Shown here piece by piece: positions 20,015 through 29,200 of a stretch of 64,000 bases of DNA. This stretch comes from an uncultured Gammaproteobacteria bacterium (GTDB taxonomy: Bacteria; Patescibacteriota; Microgenomatia; CAYXHB01; CAZYTL01). The notes under the pieces are model-generated. The model was not told the origin of the DNA. It did no database searches and saw nothing but the letters and a program-made list of their open reading frames with translations. Position 1 is the first letter of the stretch, and each line of letters begins with the position of its first letter. The stretch is taken from the NCBI GenBank assembly GCA_964650355.1, contig CAZYTL010000001.1:4018-68017 (forward strand), in the 5' to 3' direction. The position numbers and the translations under genes are program-made.

Positions 20015-20851
20015 TTAGATTCCTAATCCTCCTAAGGGGCTTTTTGACCCGCTTCCGGCGAGAGCTTTCTGGATGCGTTTTGTTTCGGCATCCGAGCTAT
20101 CGGGTTGAGTCGGAGCGCCCGCTCCACTCTCAACTTGAGCTTTTGCCTTTTTCAGACGGCTCTTTTCTTGATCTGATAATTCTTCAGATTCACCCTCATC
20201 GTTGTTCTCGGACTCATCACCTTTGTGCTTACCGAGAAAAGCATCGACCTGCATACAAGCTTCTTTTAGTGAAACTGTAGTGCCTTTGGCGTTAGCAGCA
20301 TCGATAATTGTTTGGACCATTTTTCGATAATCTGGTTCGTGGAGAGGATGATCTTTCTTGGCTTCTTCAATTTCTTTCTGTACTGCAGTACGCACTTTCT
20401 CCTGGACTTCGATTGTCCGCTTCACACCTTCATCAATACGGGCAAGTACCCATTTAGCAAAATCAGAAGGAGTCATTTTTTGCAGTTCTTCTGCACTAGG
20501 GAGATTTAGTTCTTCATTGCCATCCATTCCTTCTTTGTTATCCTTTTCCTGGGTTTCGTCATCTTCTGGCTTTTGGTTTTTCTCAAGAGCCTCATACTCT
20601 TTAATAATTTCTTCACGGCTTTTACCGTGCCAGCGATCCTGGTTTTTGGCATCTTTCTTTTTGTCTTTAGATTTATTTTTGTCTTCCATAGATTCATCTT
20701 TTTTGTCTGATTTAGATTTATCATTTGATTTGTCTACTTCCGGCTTTTCACCACCGTTAGCTCCGTCATCAGAGGGTTCTTCCTCATCAGAAGCATCAAG
20801 AAGGGCATTTAATTCTTCCTGTTCTTTTTGTTTCATTTGTTCTTCGTCCAT
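20015..20851 (-). CDS. capsid scaffolding protein
   Basis: Highly charged, low-complexity helical protein immediately upstream of the MCP. Confidence 0.7.
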   Translation of the reverse strand: MDEEQMKQKEQEELNALLDASDEEEPSDDGANGGEKPEVDKSNDKSKSDKKDESMEDKNKSKDKKKDAKNQDRWHGKSREEIIKEYEALEKNQKPEDDETQEKDNKEGMDGNEELNLPSAEELQKMTPSDFAKWVLARIDEGVKRTIEVQEKVRTAVQKEIEEAKKDHPLHEPDYRKMVQTIIDAANAKGTTVSLKEACMQVDAFLGKHKGDESENNDEGESEELSDQEKSRLKKAKAQVESGAGAPTQPDSSDAETKRIQKALAGSGSKSPLGGLGI

Positions 20852-20855
20852 AGGT

Positions 20856-21110
20856 TTATTCCTTTCTTAAGCTCTGAGCGGTTTCATCGCGCTCTTTAAT
20901 AACGCCGTCAACCATGCTCAAAACTTTTTTGTAGGCCTTGATCAGCTGTTTATGTTCAAGGTCTTCTTCTACTGGGCAATCCAATAGATCTTTTGTTTCG
21001 ATCTCGACTTCTTTATCGATTAAGCCTTTGATTATTTGCCAACCTTCTGTTTGGGTCATTTCCCAGACAGCTCGTCCTCTTTCTAGTTTTTCGTCTAGTT
21101 CGTTAGTCAT
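20856..21110 (-). CDS. small head-module protein
   Basis: 84-aa helical protein (TEGWQII) of the kind found between portal and scaffold. Confidence 0.6.
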   Translation of the reverse strand: MTNELDEKLERGRAVWEMTQTEGWQIIKGLIDKEVEIETKDLLDCPVEEDLEHKQLIKAYKKVLSMVDGVIKERDETAQSLRKE

Positions 21111-21112
21111 TT

Positions 21113-21442
21113 TTATAGGTTTGGATTGGCTGGAGGAGATTCTTCCTCTGGCTGCTCCTGGTCTTCTAATCCCATGCTTTTCTTTTGAGTACCCAAACCG
21201 CCAAGTGGTCTTACTTCGTTTTCTCTCATATCCTGTAGAGTAGCGATCAAACTATCGAGTACCTCAAGGAATGTTGATTGCCCTTCGAAGTATGTATTTC
21301 TAGCTACAGTGAACAAGGAATCAACCTTGTCCCAAGTCTGAGCCTCACCTTGTGTGTTGGCTTGGTTTGGCTCCTGAGTTGGTTTATCACCCTTTTCCTC
21401 AGGCATTGGTTTTTTATTTTGGTTAGTTTGTTCGTTTTCCAT
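21113..21442 (-). CDS. hypothetical phage protein
   Basis: Likely start MENEQ at 21442 with a GGAG RBS; track ORF extends to 21496. Confidence 0.55.
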   Translation of the reverse strand: MENEQTNQNKKPMPEEKGDKPTQEPNQANTQGEAQTWDKVDSLFTVARNTYFEGQSTFLEVLDSLIATLQDMRENEVRPLGGLGTQKKSMGLEDQEQPEEESPPANPNL

Positions 21443-21452
21443 AATTACTCCT

Positions 21453-21851
21453 TTAAGTGAAAGGGAATGGTCTTTGAGCATTCCACAGTAAGGCACCTAT
21501 ATAAATTTCTGCAGACGGGGAAGAACCACCATCAATTGTCACAACTGCTCGAAGATATCTTTTCTTGCGATCAATCTGCATTTTGTAACCGGTATCTGCT
21601 TCAACGGTTACTTCTTCGCCACCAACTGCTACTGTCGCTCCACTTGAGAAGTCTGAAACATCAGATTCCTCAATTTTTACTTTTATTGATGTCTGGTCAC
21701 CAAGATCGCCAATAGCAATGTCGATGAGTCCAGAGTCATAAGCTGGTCTATTACTTAGATACGTATCAACACCAGTTGCTTCAGTTGTTTCTGTGATGAC
21801 TCCAATAGGAAGAAGAGTCGCAGTATGAATGTTTTGATTGAGTGTTTTCAT
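21453..21851 (-). CDS. putative capsid decoration/virion protein
   Basis: Beta-rich, RYLRAVVT motif; first gene of the head operon. Confidence 0.55.
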   Translation of the reverse strand: MKTLNQNIHTATLLPIGVITETTEATGVDTYLSNRPAYDSGLIDIAIGDLGDQTSIKVKIEESDVSDFSSGATVAVGGEEVTVEADTGYKMQIDRKKRYLRAVVTIDGGSSPSAEIYIGALLWNAQRPFPFT

Positions 21852-21883
21852 ATTTTGTCCAGATATATTTTTCTAAGACCAAG

Positions 21884-21961
21884 CAAAAAGGGCTGCAACT
21901 TCTAAACACACGCTCATTTTGCGTATATTCAGAAGCCACAGCCCCGATTGTTTCGTTAGGC
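21884..21961 (-). promoter_or_regulatory. leader antiterminator/terminator element A (ahead of the head-tail operon)
   Basis: GCCUAACGAAACAAUCGGGGC overlaps a 24-bp stem (fully paired only with G-U on the minus strand) followed by U5. Upstream TTGCTG-17-TAGACT promoter at ~21981-22009. Confidence 0.75.
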
Positions 21962-22043
21962 TTTACTTCCTAATGAATCCAGTCTAGTGAAGGAAAATCA
22001 AAACAGCAATAAACTTTCTGTTAGTTTATGGTGATTTAGAAAA

Positions 22044-22412
22044 TTATTTTTTAGAAGACATTTTGCGGCGCATATATAAACGCCTTTCACTGCTTGGGGA
22101 TATCATCTGAACAAAAGGGAGGCTACTTGAGTGATTCAAAAAATGATTAAGGGCGTTTCTGGCTATTTCCACATCTTTCCAATAACTGATACTCACCCAA
22201 TTCTTCCCAGATTTGAGAATTTCACATCTGATAAATCCATCTTGCTTTCTGAAGAAAGCGTATTGAGCCTTTTTAACAGCCTTTAACAAAGCTTCATCAG
22301 TGATACCTTCTATAGGGCTGAATTCGTAAAACTCTATAGCCATGTTTTTATTCATTTCAAGGCTAATTGTAGCATAAATGCTAGTTATCGTCTGTAGAGT
22401 TATTGTCTGCAA
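22044..22412 (-). CDS. ABM-like (dimeric alpha/beta barrel) small protein
   Basis: FFRKQDGFIRCEIL...WVSISYWKD. True start is probably an ATG at ~22343-22355. Confidence 0.55.
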   Translation of the reverse strand: MQTITLQTITSIYATISLEMNKNMAIEFYEFSPIEGITDEALLKAVKKAQYAFFRKQDGFIRCEILKSGKNWVSISYWKDVEIARNALNHFLNHSSSLPFVQMISPSSERRLYMRRKMSSKK

Positions 22413-22438
22413 AAACCTACCCTTTTAGTCAAGGGTAG
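22383..22438. promoter_or_regulatory. putative operator of the XRE regulator
   Basis: Direct repeats AGTTAT(C/T)GTCTG at 22383 and 22398; inverted repeat CTACCCTT-N6-AAGGGTAG at 22417-22438, just before the ATG. Confidence 0.5.
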
Positions 22439-22439
22439 T

Positions 22440-22655
22440 ATGCCAAAATATAATGTTAGAAAAAAATTCGGTAAAAGACTGAGGTTCCTTAGAAAGGAGG
22501 CTCAATTGTCCCAAGAGGAGTTGGGTTTTAAAGCCAACATTCACAGGACATATATTGGTTCGGTTGAGAGGGGAGAACAAAATGTTTCCCTGGACAATAT
22601 TTACAGACTGGCCAAAGCTCTTAAAGTCGAAATGAAAGAACTATTCGCATTTTAA
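22440..22655 (+). CDS. XRE HTH regulator (R-M controller C-protein-like)
   Basis: LSQEELG..ANIHRTYIGSVERGEQNVSLDNI. Confidence 0.85.
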   Translation: MPKYNVRKKFGKRLRFLRKEAQLSQEELGFKANIHRTYIGSVERGEQNVSLDNIYRLAKALKVEMKELFAF

Positions 22656-22658
22656 TTA

Positions 22659-23696
22659 CTAATTAGTCTGAAAATAGTGGGCGTGGTTTTTTATTTCTTG
22701 AGACAGCTTATAACCATTGCAATGAGATAAATGCCCCAAATAAGACTGTAGTGCTTGTTCCAATGCTTCTGGTGGCAAGATTCCATCTTTTATTTTTTGA
22801 GAGGTTTCTGCTAACTTTCTGAAAATTCTTTTCTTTGTTTTTGTTCTAGGTAGAATGTACTTGGGGAAAATTACATAACCCAGAAAATCAACACCAAGAT
22901 AATAATCTACAATATGTATCTTGTTTGGATGTAGAGAAAGCTTTAGTTCTGTGGCAAGAAAACTCTCCAGTTCTAAGAGTATTTTTTCTAAATATTCACG
23001 ATTATCAGACAATACTGCAAAATCATCCGCATATCGTATGTAATGTTTTACCCTCAGCTTGTGCTTCACAAGCTGATCCAGCGGATCCATGTAAATATTG
23101 GCGAAAAGCTGTGACGTTAGATTCCCAATAGGCATACCACTATTTTGATTTGGAGACTTAAAGCTTGTGATTATCTCTGTTAAGAGGTTAACAAAATCAT
23201 CGTCTTTTATCTTTGTTCTCAGAAGTTTAATCAATATCTGGTGGTCAACATTGGCAAAAAACTTCTTGATATCACATTTTAGTACCAGTAGTTTTGAGGT
23301 ATTGTTTTTACTGGCTTTTCTGGACATTTTTATGAAAGCCTGAACAGCCTTATGGGTTCCTTTTCCTTTTCGGCAGGAGTAGGAGTGAGGGTAAAAAGTC
23401 GGATCAAAAAGTTCTTCCAGCACTTTGCTGGTAAGGTGGTGAACCACTCTATCTTTTACACAGGCCTTGTGAATATGACGAACCTTAGGATCTCTAACAT
23501 AAAACTCCTGATAGCTACCATGACGATAGGTTTTTTCCTCCAGCTCTTTGTGCAAACTAAATATATTATCTTCTAAATTTCGCCCGAATAACTGAACGTC
23601 AGCTTTGCTTTTCTTTCCTTTGATAAATTCTTCCCATGCCTGGAATAAATTCTCAAGTGTTATAATCTCAGTGTAATTACTATGCCAGATTCTCAT
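22659..23696 (-). CDS. DGR reverse transcriptase
   Basis: GMPIGNLTSQ (DGR-type SQ), YIRYADD, KCDIKKFF and VDFLGY; no maturase or endonuclease domain; adjacent avd and TR/VR. Confidence 0.95.
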   Translation of the reverse strand: MRIWHSNYTEIITLENLFQAWEEFIKGKKSKADVQLFGRNLEDNIFSLHKELEEKTYRHGSYQEFYVRDPKVRHIHKACVKDRVVHHLTSKVLEELFDPTFYPHSYSCRKGKGTHKAVQAFIKMSRKASKNNTSKLLVLKCDIKKFFANVDHQILIKLLRTKIKDDDFVNLLTEIITSFKSPNQNSGMPIGNLTSQLFANIYMDPLDQLVKHKLRVKHYIRYADDFAVLSDNREYLEKILLELESFLATELKLSLHPNKIHIVDYYLGVDFLGYVIFPKYILPRTKTKKRIFRKLAETSQKIKDGILPPEALEQALQSYLGHLSHCNGYKLSQEIKNHAHYFQTN

Positions 23697-24068
23697 AAAA
23701 GTTTTGAACCGGGCAGGCTTAATTTAGACATACCGGTTTTTCAGAAAACATACGAGCTCTACAAATTCTTTTACCAACTTGTAGCTCATTTTCCTAAAAA
23801 AGACCGGTATGCTATCGGGCAGAAAATCGAAAATGGGATACTAGGTTTAATTGAGGATATTATCACCGCAAGCCAACTATCGAAGTCTGAAAAAGTGCCT
23901 ACTTTGCAGAACGCTAGTATAAAGCTTGATGTGCTTAAAGTTCTCATACGATGTTGTAAAGATTTAAAGATTATTGATAACAAAAATTACCTCCTACTTG
24001 AGTCAATGCTACAGGAAATAGGTAGGATGCTTGGTGGCTGGATTAAAGCATCTACCTATAACTCCTGA
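23682..24068 (+). CDS. avd: DGR accessory variability determinant (four-helix bundle)
   Basis: FPKKDRYAIGQKI...EIGRMLGGWIK. Confidence 0.9.
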   Translation: MPDSHKSFEPGRLNLDIPVFQKTYELYKFFYQLVAHFPKKDRYAIGQKIENGILGLIEDIITASQLSKSEKVPTLQNASIKLDVLKVLIRCCKDLKIIDNKNYLLLESMLQEIGRMLGGWIKASTYNS

Positions 24069-24107
24069 TTTGATTTGGGGCAGTTTGTTTGTGCAGTCAG
24101 AGATAAG

Positions 24108-24229
24108 ACTACAGTGACACGGAAACCAACGTTGTCATTCGAGTTCGCCGGATGATTCCAATTGGCGTTGGCGGCACCACCATTGTCGGAGTTGCCAACA
24201 ATGACACGGTTAGACTCGCCGTCATCACG
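24108..24229 (-). ncRNA. DGR template repeat (TR)
   Basis: 122-bp match to 24702-24823. All 18 differences fall at TR adenines (minus strand); 9 AAY codons. Confidence 0.95.
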
Positions 24230-24625
24230 TTTCGCATTGCTTACTTTCTTTCCTGAAAGGGTATTAAACCTTTCATTATTACCACTGGCTTCTTTAACGT
24301 ACAGTTTCAAGCTTTTACTTCTTTACCAAGATTGTCCTTAATTTCTTAAGAACTCTCTCCTGTATTTTATTTGGCTCAGGTTACCCCAAGGCCTTCAAGA
24401 GTAAGCAAGTAGTTTTATCTCTCCTTAGTCAGCACTCTCCTTATAGCCGTAACCACAAGGACTCTGGCCTAGCTCTATAGAAGAGCGACTTTGTGAAATA
24501 CAGGCTTACCCGTATTTTCATTAACAAAATCTAACTTGAAGTATAAAGAAGGAGAGCGTAAAAAATCAAGGGTAAATGCTATTTATAGACTTCATATTGA
24601 AGATTGGTAATTTTTCAAAAAAAGC

Positions 24626-24642
24626 GACCCGCTTCGCGGGTC
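24626..24642 (-). promoter_or_regulatory. DGR cis-acting hairpin with GAA loop downstream of VR
   Basis: GACCCGC-GAA-GCGGGTC on the minus strand, ~46 nt after the target stop codon. Confidence 0.85.
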
Positions 24643-24688
24643 AAGGGACCAAGAATCAAGAAACCAAAAGAACCAATAATTTAAGAGA

Positions 24689-26632
24689 TCAAGTTCCAAG
24701 AACTACAGTGACACGGAAACCAACGTCGTCAGACGAGTACGCCGGAGGAGCCCAAAAGGCGTAGGCGGCACCACCACAGTCGGAGTCGCCAACAACGACA
24801 CGGCGAGACCCGCCGTCACCACGCGCTTCAGTATTAGTCCACTCGTATGTGTTGGTAGAACCCCAACCCTCACGATTTGCCAATAAATTCCATTCAACAG
24901 CTTCAAGCATCCTTACATCGGCTGATGATGGTAAACCAATTTCACTAAGAAGTTCACGTTTATTGTTTTCAATAGCTCTGTGTGCATCGTCCCAGGAAAC
25001 ATTAAAACGGTCATCAATCCCTAGTCCTTCACTTACTGGCGTTCTATCATAGTGTTCACCATAAGAAGGTTTTTGCATGGTTTCTACAGCCACCCATGTA
25101 CCTGGTAATTGAGGAAGCTCCATTCTGCCATCTTTTGCTAATCCCCAGAACCATTCTTCAAGGTTTCTTCCAACTCTATGATCTTCTCTTTCCTCGCTGG
25201 ACAAAGTTTCATATCTACGCCAGTTCGGATAACGACGTTGGATTTCATCCAAGAACCTCTCCTGGCCGTTTCTCTGGAGTTCATCCAAAATGCCAATATC
25301 AAGTTTAGGGATATATCTTAACTCAAATCCGAGACGTTCAAGATTTCTTTGAACCTCAGGAGTAACTTCTGCAGGTAGTGGTGGAACTTCTACATTTGTA
25401 CCTAAAGCTTCATTCCAAGCATCTTGCTCCTGAGATACTTCAACCGTTTCCCTTTGTCTCTCGGGAACAGCAGTCGAGCTTCGATCAAAACCACGTCTAG
25501 GAGAAACATTTTGAGGTGCAACATATTCTACGTGGCGAATCAATTCTTCAAGCTTTTGTTTGTCAACATCAGAATCAAGTTTATTTGAATAGTAATAACG
25601 GAGAGCAGCTTGAAAAGTTTCGTTGATATCACCACTATAAAACCTGAGAATAAAATCTCTAACCCTTCTGGGTTCCATACGGTCGTCATACGTAAAGGGT
25701 TGAGGTTGATCGGCAGCTATTCTTCTACCCTTAACCAGCTCTTTTGCAGCCTTATGAAATTCTTTGTATTTTCCTAAAATTGAATCTATCCCTGGAATTT
25801 CCTGTAGCTGCTCTGGTTGAAGAGCGTAGTCTTGAGAAACCAAGAAATCTTCCGGCGAGACACCTTCTTCCTGAGGAGCTAAGGTGAATAGAGCATCAGT
25901 TGAATAAGAAAATGTATCATCAGGTAACTCAGAAGGAGCTTTGAGATATACCCAACGCCTTAACTGTGCAGGATCTAGTGGTTCACGACCAAAATATCCT
26001 TTCCCGGGGGGATTCATAAGAGCAACTACTTTGGTAGTTTCTTTACTAACAGGAATCGACTCTGATGCATCTTCCGATAAAACAACTGACTCTCCACGAT
26101 TAATTGCATCTAAGACTTCGTGAAGTCTGATTACAATATTTGGAGCAGCTGAATTAAATTCATCCAAAATAATTACCTTGACCTTACCGTCTTCTTGCCT
26201 CAAACCAGAAGTAACTTTTCCGTCAGCGAATATATACTCAGGATCATCTGCACTTCTTTTGTCCGGATTGGGGATATATCTGCCCATTAGATCCTCAACA
26301 TCGGTTGCTCCGTTTAAATTAGCGTAATGTACTTCCCAACCCAAATCTGCCGCCATTTTTCTAACAGTAGTAGTTTTTCCTATGCTGGTTCCACCCTCGA
26401 TTAATATCGGATCTCCCTGTAGCCAGCTGACGGCTATATCCTTTTGCAGACCAAGTGAAAATTTATCATTAATATAGTCAGCGTATTGTTCACGGCTAGG
26501 TACAAAATGCCCCCCATCATTTTCAGCTTTGGGTAAGCGGACACCTAAGTAGGCGACAGTGTCATGACTCTCCTCAACAGGATATTCTGGTGGTGGCGTA
26601 AATTGGTGTCTTTCCATAGATTCGTCTGGCAT
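24689..26632 (-). CDS. MoxR/AAA_5 ATPase fused to a C-terminal CLec (FGE-like) variable domain; DGR target
   Basis: Walker A GGTSIGKT, Walker B IILDEFN, MNPP, LDPAQLRRW; C-terminal YEWT...GFRV. Confidence 0.9.
   Translation of the reverse strand: MPDESMERHQFTPPPEYPVEESHDTVAYLGVRLPKAENDGGHFVPSREQYADYINDKFSLGLQKDIAVSWLQGDPILIEGGTSIGKTTTVRKMAADLGWEVHYANLNGATDVEDLMGRYIPNPDKRSADDPEYIFADGKVTSGLRQEDGKVKVIILDEFNSAAPNIVIRLHEVLDAINRGESVVLSEDASESIPVSKETTKVVALMNPPGKGYFGREPLDPAQLRRWVYLKAPSELPDDTFSYSTDALFTLAPQEEGVSPEDFLVSQDYALQPEQLQEIPGIDSILGKYKEFHKAAKELVKGRRIAADQPQPFTYDDRMEPRRVRDFILRFYSGDINETFQAALRYYYSNKLDSDVDKQKLEELIRHVEYVAPQNVSPRRGFDRSSTAVPERQRETVEVSQEQDAWNEALGTNVEVPPLPAEVTPEVQRNLERLGFELRYIPKLDIGILDELQRNGQERFLDEIQRRYPNWRRYETLSSEEREDHRVGRNLEEWFWGLAKDGRMELPQLPGTWVAVETMQKPSYGEHYDRTPVSEGLGIDDRFNVSWDDAHRAIENNKRELLSEIGLPSSADVRMLEAVEWNLLANREGWGSTNTYEWTNTEARGDGGSRRVVVGDSDCGGAAYAFWAPPAYSSDDVGFRVTVVLGT
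24702..24823 (-). repeat. DGR variable repeat (VR) in the 3' end of the MoxR-CLec gene
   Basis: Encodes RGDGGSRRVVVGDSDCGGAAYAFWAPPAYSSDDVGFRVTVV versus TR RDDGESNRVIVGNSDNGGAANANWNHPANSNDNVGFRVTVV. Confidence 0.95.
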
Positions 26633-26640
26633 AGTTTTTC

Positions 26641-27048
26641 TTAGCTTTGATATGTAATACCTGCTATTTCAAGAATCCTAAAACCTGATTCTTGGGTTTT
26701 CTTAAGAGCAGCTTTAGTTAATACATAAATAATTGTAACGCCTTTATAAATTGGTGTTACCATCTGAGATTTCAGATTGAACTTATCATAAATCTCAACC
26801 TGGCCTGTGGGGTACTGTACCGCAAAATCATATAGGTCTTTAGGCAAAACATCTTTAATCACCACAAAAGACTTAGAAGCTTTTTCAACTTGTTTAAATA
26901 AATCTGATGTATCAACTGCTTGTCTGAACTCGCCTTCACTCAATTTTTTTATAAAATCCTCAAGCTCATTTTCGTCCTTGGCGATCATGAGTGAAACCTC
27001 TTTTTGTGAATTGGCGAATTTTAGAAAATCTTTTATCGTATTTGTCAT
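26641..27048 (-). CDS. hypothetical alpha/beta protein in the VWA-MoxR operon
   Basis: 135 aa; 17 bp and 8 bp from its neighbours. Confidence 0.7.
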   Translation of the reverse strand: MTNTIKDFLKFANSQKEVSLMIAKDENELEDFIKKLSEGEFRQAVDTSDLFKQVEKASKSFVVIKDVLPKDLYDFAVQYPTGQVEIYDKFNLKSQMVTPIYKGVTIIYVLTKAALKKTQESGFRILEIAGITYQS

Positions 27049-27065
27049 ATATTATTCATAGTATA

Positions 27066-29162
27066 CTAAAAAGTGTCGTAATTGGCGACCACTTCTCTGA
27101 TAACGTCTGCTAATTTATCGGACATTTCCCTCACTCCTATATTTGCCACACTATTTGGATAATATCTGCCTACGTGATCTGTGCCGGGACCAATGCCTAA
27201 CCCTATCAATTTCTGATCTGTATTTTGCATTATTTGATCAACTGTTTTACCTAGCTCGAATTCCGGTCCGGAATGAGCGCTTGATTCTTCAGGAAGACCA
27301 TCAGAAAGAACAAACAGGAATTTTTCTGCTGATTTTTGACGGGCCAAACGTTCCGATGCTTGTTGAACAGCCCAACCGTCATCATTGTAAGCTGCAGCAG
27401 AGCTGTCTACCTCCTGGAGCATACCTCCCATATGTTCCCTAACTTCACGACCCATATCGTGTCCGAAAGGTTGATATTCATATAACCTATCATTAAAACC
27501 CAAAACCTCCGTGTTGATTGAAAGCCTATTAAGAACTTCTGCTAAGACAATTGCAGCTCTAAAAGTTTCCCTTATTTTTTGACCTCTCATTGAACCGGAT
27601 AAATCAACCAACAGACTAATTGCATAATCTTTCTCCTGAGGAATTTCCCGTTTCTGCCAGGCTCTACTTTCAACAGGTGAAATACCTAATGCTTTTTCCT
27701 GCATTCTTCGTTTAATGTCGATACGTTTTCCTGACTTAAAACCTGTCTGCCACTTCTGAGCTCGTCTGGCTACAAAAATTTCTCTCAAATCCGCTTCTAG
27801 AGTGTCAATAAGCGGGAGAACATCCCTTCGGTATTCTTCATAGATATTTTCATCTCCGCGCAAAGCTTTTTCAATTAAATCCTTAAATCGCTTCTGATCC
27901 GGAGTTTGCTCTGGTTTCGTTTTCCCTTCCTGTTCATCGTCTGAGGCTGAATCCCTATCTCGTTTTGTTCCTTCTACGGCTTCTCCACGCTGAGCCTGCT
28001 TTTCCGGATTGTCTGAAAGTTTGCCTTCGAATTCTTCATTAACTTCTCGCTCAAACCCCTGTAATGCTTGCTGTGCTTTCTCTGCCAGCTCACGTTTGAC
28101 ATCTTCAGGCAAAGAGTCAATATAGTCTTTTATTTTTTGTTTTAATCCCTCAGACAAAGAGTCAAGATCAATAGCTCTGGGTTGCCCGCTACCTTCCTGC
28201 TCAGCTTGGTTGCCTTGCTGAGCATTTTCAATAGCTTCTTCAAGCTCTTTTTGTTCTTCTTCTGTTAGTGAATCTGCCAACTCCTGAGGGAGTCCTTGTT
28301 GTCCTTCTCCTTCGCCACCTCCCTGCATATCCTCCATAAATTCCTGCATTTCCTGATCTTGCATATCCTGTTCAACCAACTTCTGAAATTCCGGCCATAC
28401 CTCATCCCGATTAATTTCATAGCTGACATTAGCGTACCTTCTGATTAAGTCTTCACTTTCATCTGCTTCGTGTTTTGAAGGGTATCGTAGCCAGGAATCT
28501 CTGGCACTTTCTAGCGTTTGACTAACCACCGCTTTTACTTCTTCCGGCAAATCTTCACTCAGTGCCCCAAATTCTTTTCCCTGAGTTTCTCCATACCACT
28601 GGCGTATATACTCAAAACCTGCTTGCATGAATCGAGGAGTATACCCCAGCTGGTCGTGAGCTTTTTCTTTAGCCTTGCCTTCAAAATCCAGATCTTCCTG
28701 ATATGCAATATCCATCTGATCACGAAAGCGGGGGTAAGCTTCTGCCACAAAATTATTTGTTCGAGGATCTTCAATGGCATTCATCATAAAAGAGAACCCT
28801 GGTTGTCTCCAGGTTTCTGTGGGAATGTCCTCAGTTCGAGATACACGCCTGTGACCGCCCTCATGAGAAATAACAAAACGTAAGTAGTCCATATCCTTCT
28901 GAAGCAGGTCTTGGGGGTCGATGCGGATTTTATTTTGTCCAAAATCCCAATGCCAGCCGGCACCTGGTTGGTTAAGCTCGACAGGTATCTGAAAATCTTT
29001 ACCTATAAAATAGGCCAATGAAGAAAGAATTTGTTGCCTATGCTGAATTTCCTGCTGTTGGTCAGGAGAAAAATGTCCGAGTATCTCGGTTTGATTATCT
29101 TTACGTAGAGCGTGTAGGGTTGTCTGTGATTCTCGTTCCATAAAATCAGTTTTTTGTTCCAT
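27066..29162 (-). CDS. CobT-like protein: N-terminal zincin-like domain, acidic linker, C-terminal VWA
   Basis: HEGGH...NAIEDPR; MIDAS LLVDLSGSM; LSDGLP. Confidence 0.85.
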   Translation of the reverse strand: MEQKTDFMERESQTTLHALRKDNQTEILGHFSPDQQQEIQHRQQILSSLAYFIGKDFQIPVELNQPGAGWHWDFGQNKIRIDPQDLLQKDMDYLRFVISHEGGHRRVSRTEDIPTETWRQPGFSFMMNAIEDPRTNNFVAEAYPRFRDQMDIAYQEDLDFEGKAKEKAHDQLGYTPRFMQAGFEYIRQWYGETQGKEFGALSEDLPEEVKAVVSQTLESARDSWLRYPSKHEADESEDLIRRYANVSYEINRDEVWPEFQKLVEQDMQDQEMQEFMEDMQGGGEGEGQQGLPQELADSLTEEEQKELEEAIENAQQGNQAEQEGSGQPRAIDLDSLSEGLKQKIKDYIDSLPEDVKRELAEKAQQALQGFEREVNEEFEGKLSDNPEKQAQRGEAVEGTKRDRDSASDDEQEGKTKPEQTPDQKRFKDLIEKALRGDENIYEEYRRDVLPLIDTLEADLREIFVARRAQKWQTGFKSGKRIDIKRRMQEKALGISPVESRAWQKREIPQEKDYAISLLVDLSGSMRGQKIRETFRAAIVLAEVLNRLSINTEVLGFNDRLYEYQPFGHDMGREVREHMGGMLQEVDSSAAAYNDDGWAVQQASERLARQKSAEKFLFVLSDGLPEESSAHSGPEFELGKTVDQIMQNTDQKLIGLGIGPGTDHVGRYYPNSVANIGVREMSDKLADVIREVVANYDTF

Positions 29163-29200
29163 AGATCTCTTAAATTATATAAAAAATCTGTGAAAAAGTC

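Noticed and set aside
22659-23696. RT as a group II intron, retron or Abi RT
   Set aside because: It has the DGR-type SQ motif, no maturase domain or intron domain V was seen, and avd plus an A-specific TR/VR pair are present.
24056-24310. 84-aa minus-strand ORF spanning TR
   Set aside because: TRs stay open because they mirror the VR frame. The Asn-rich translation is the TR signature, not good evidence of a protein.
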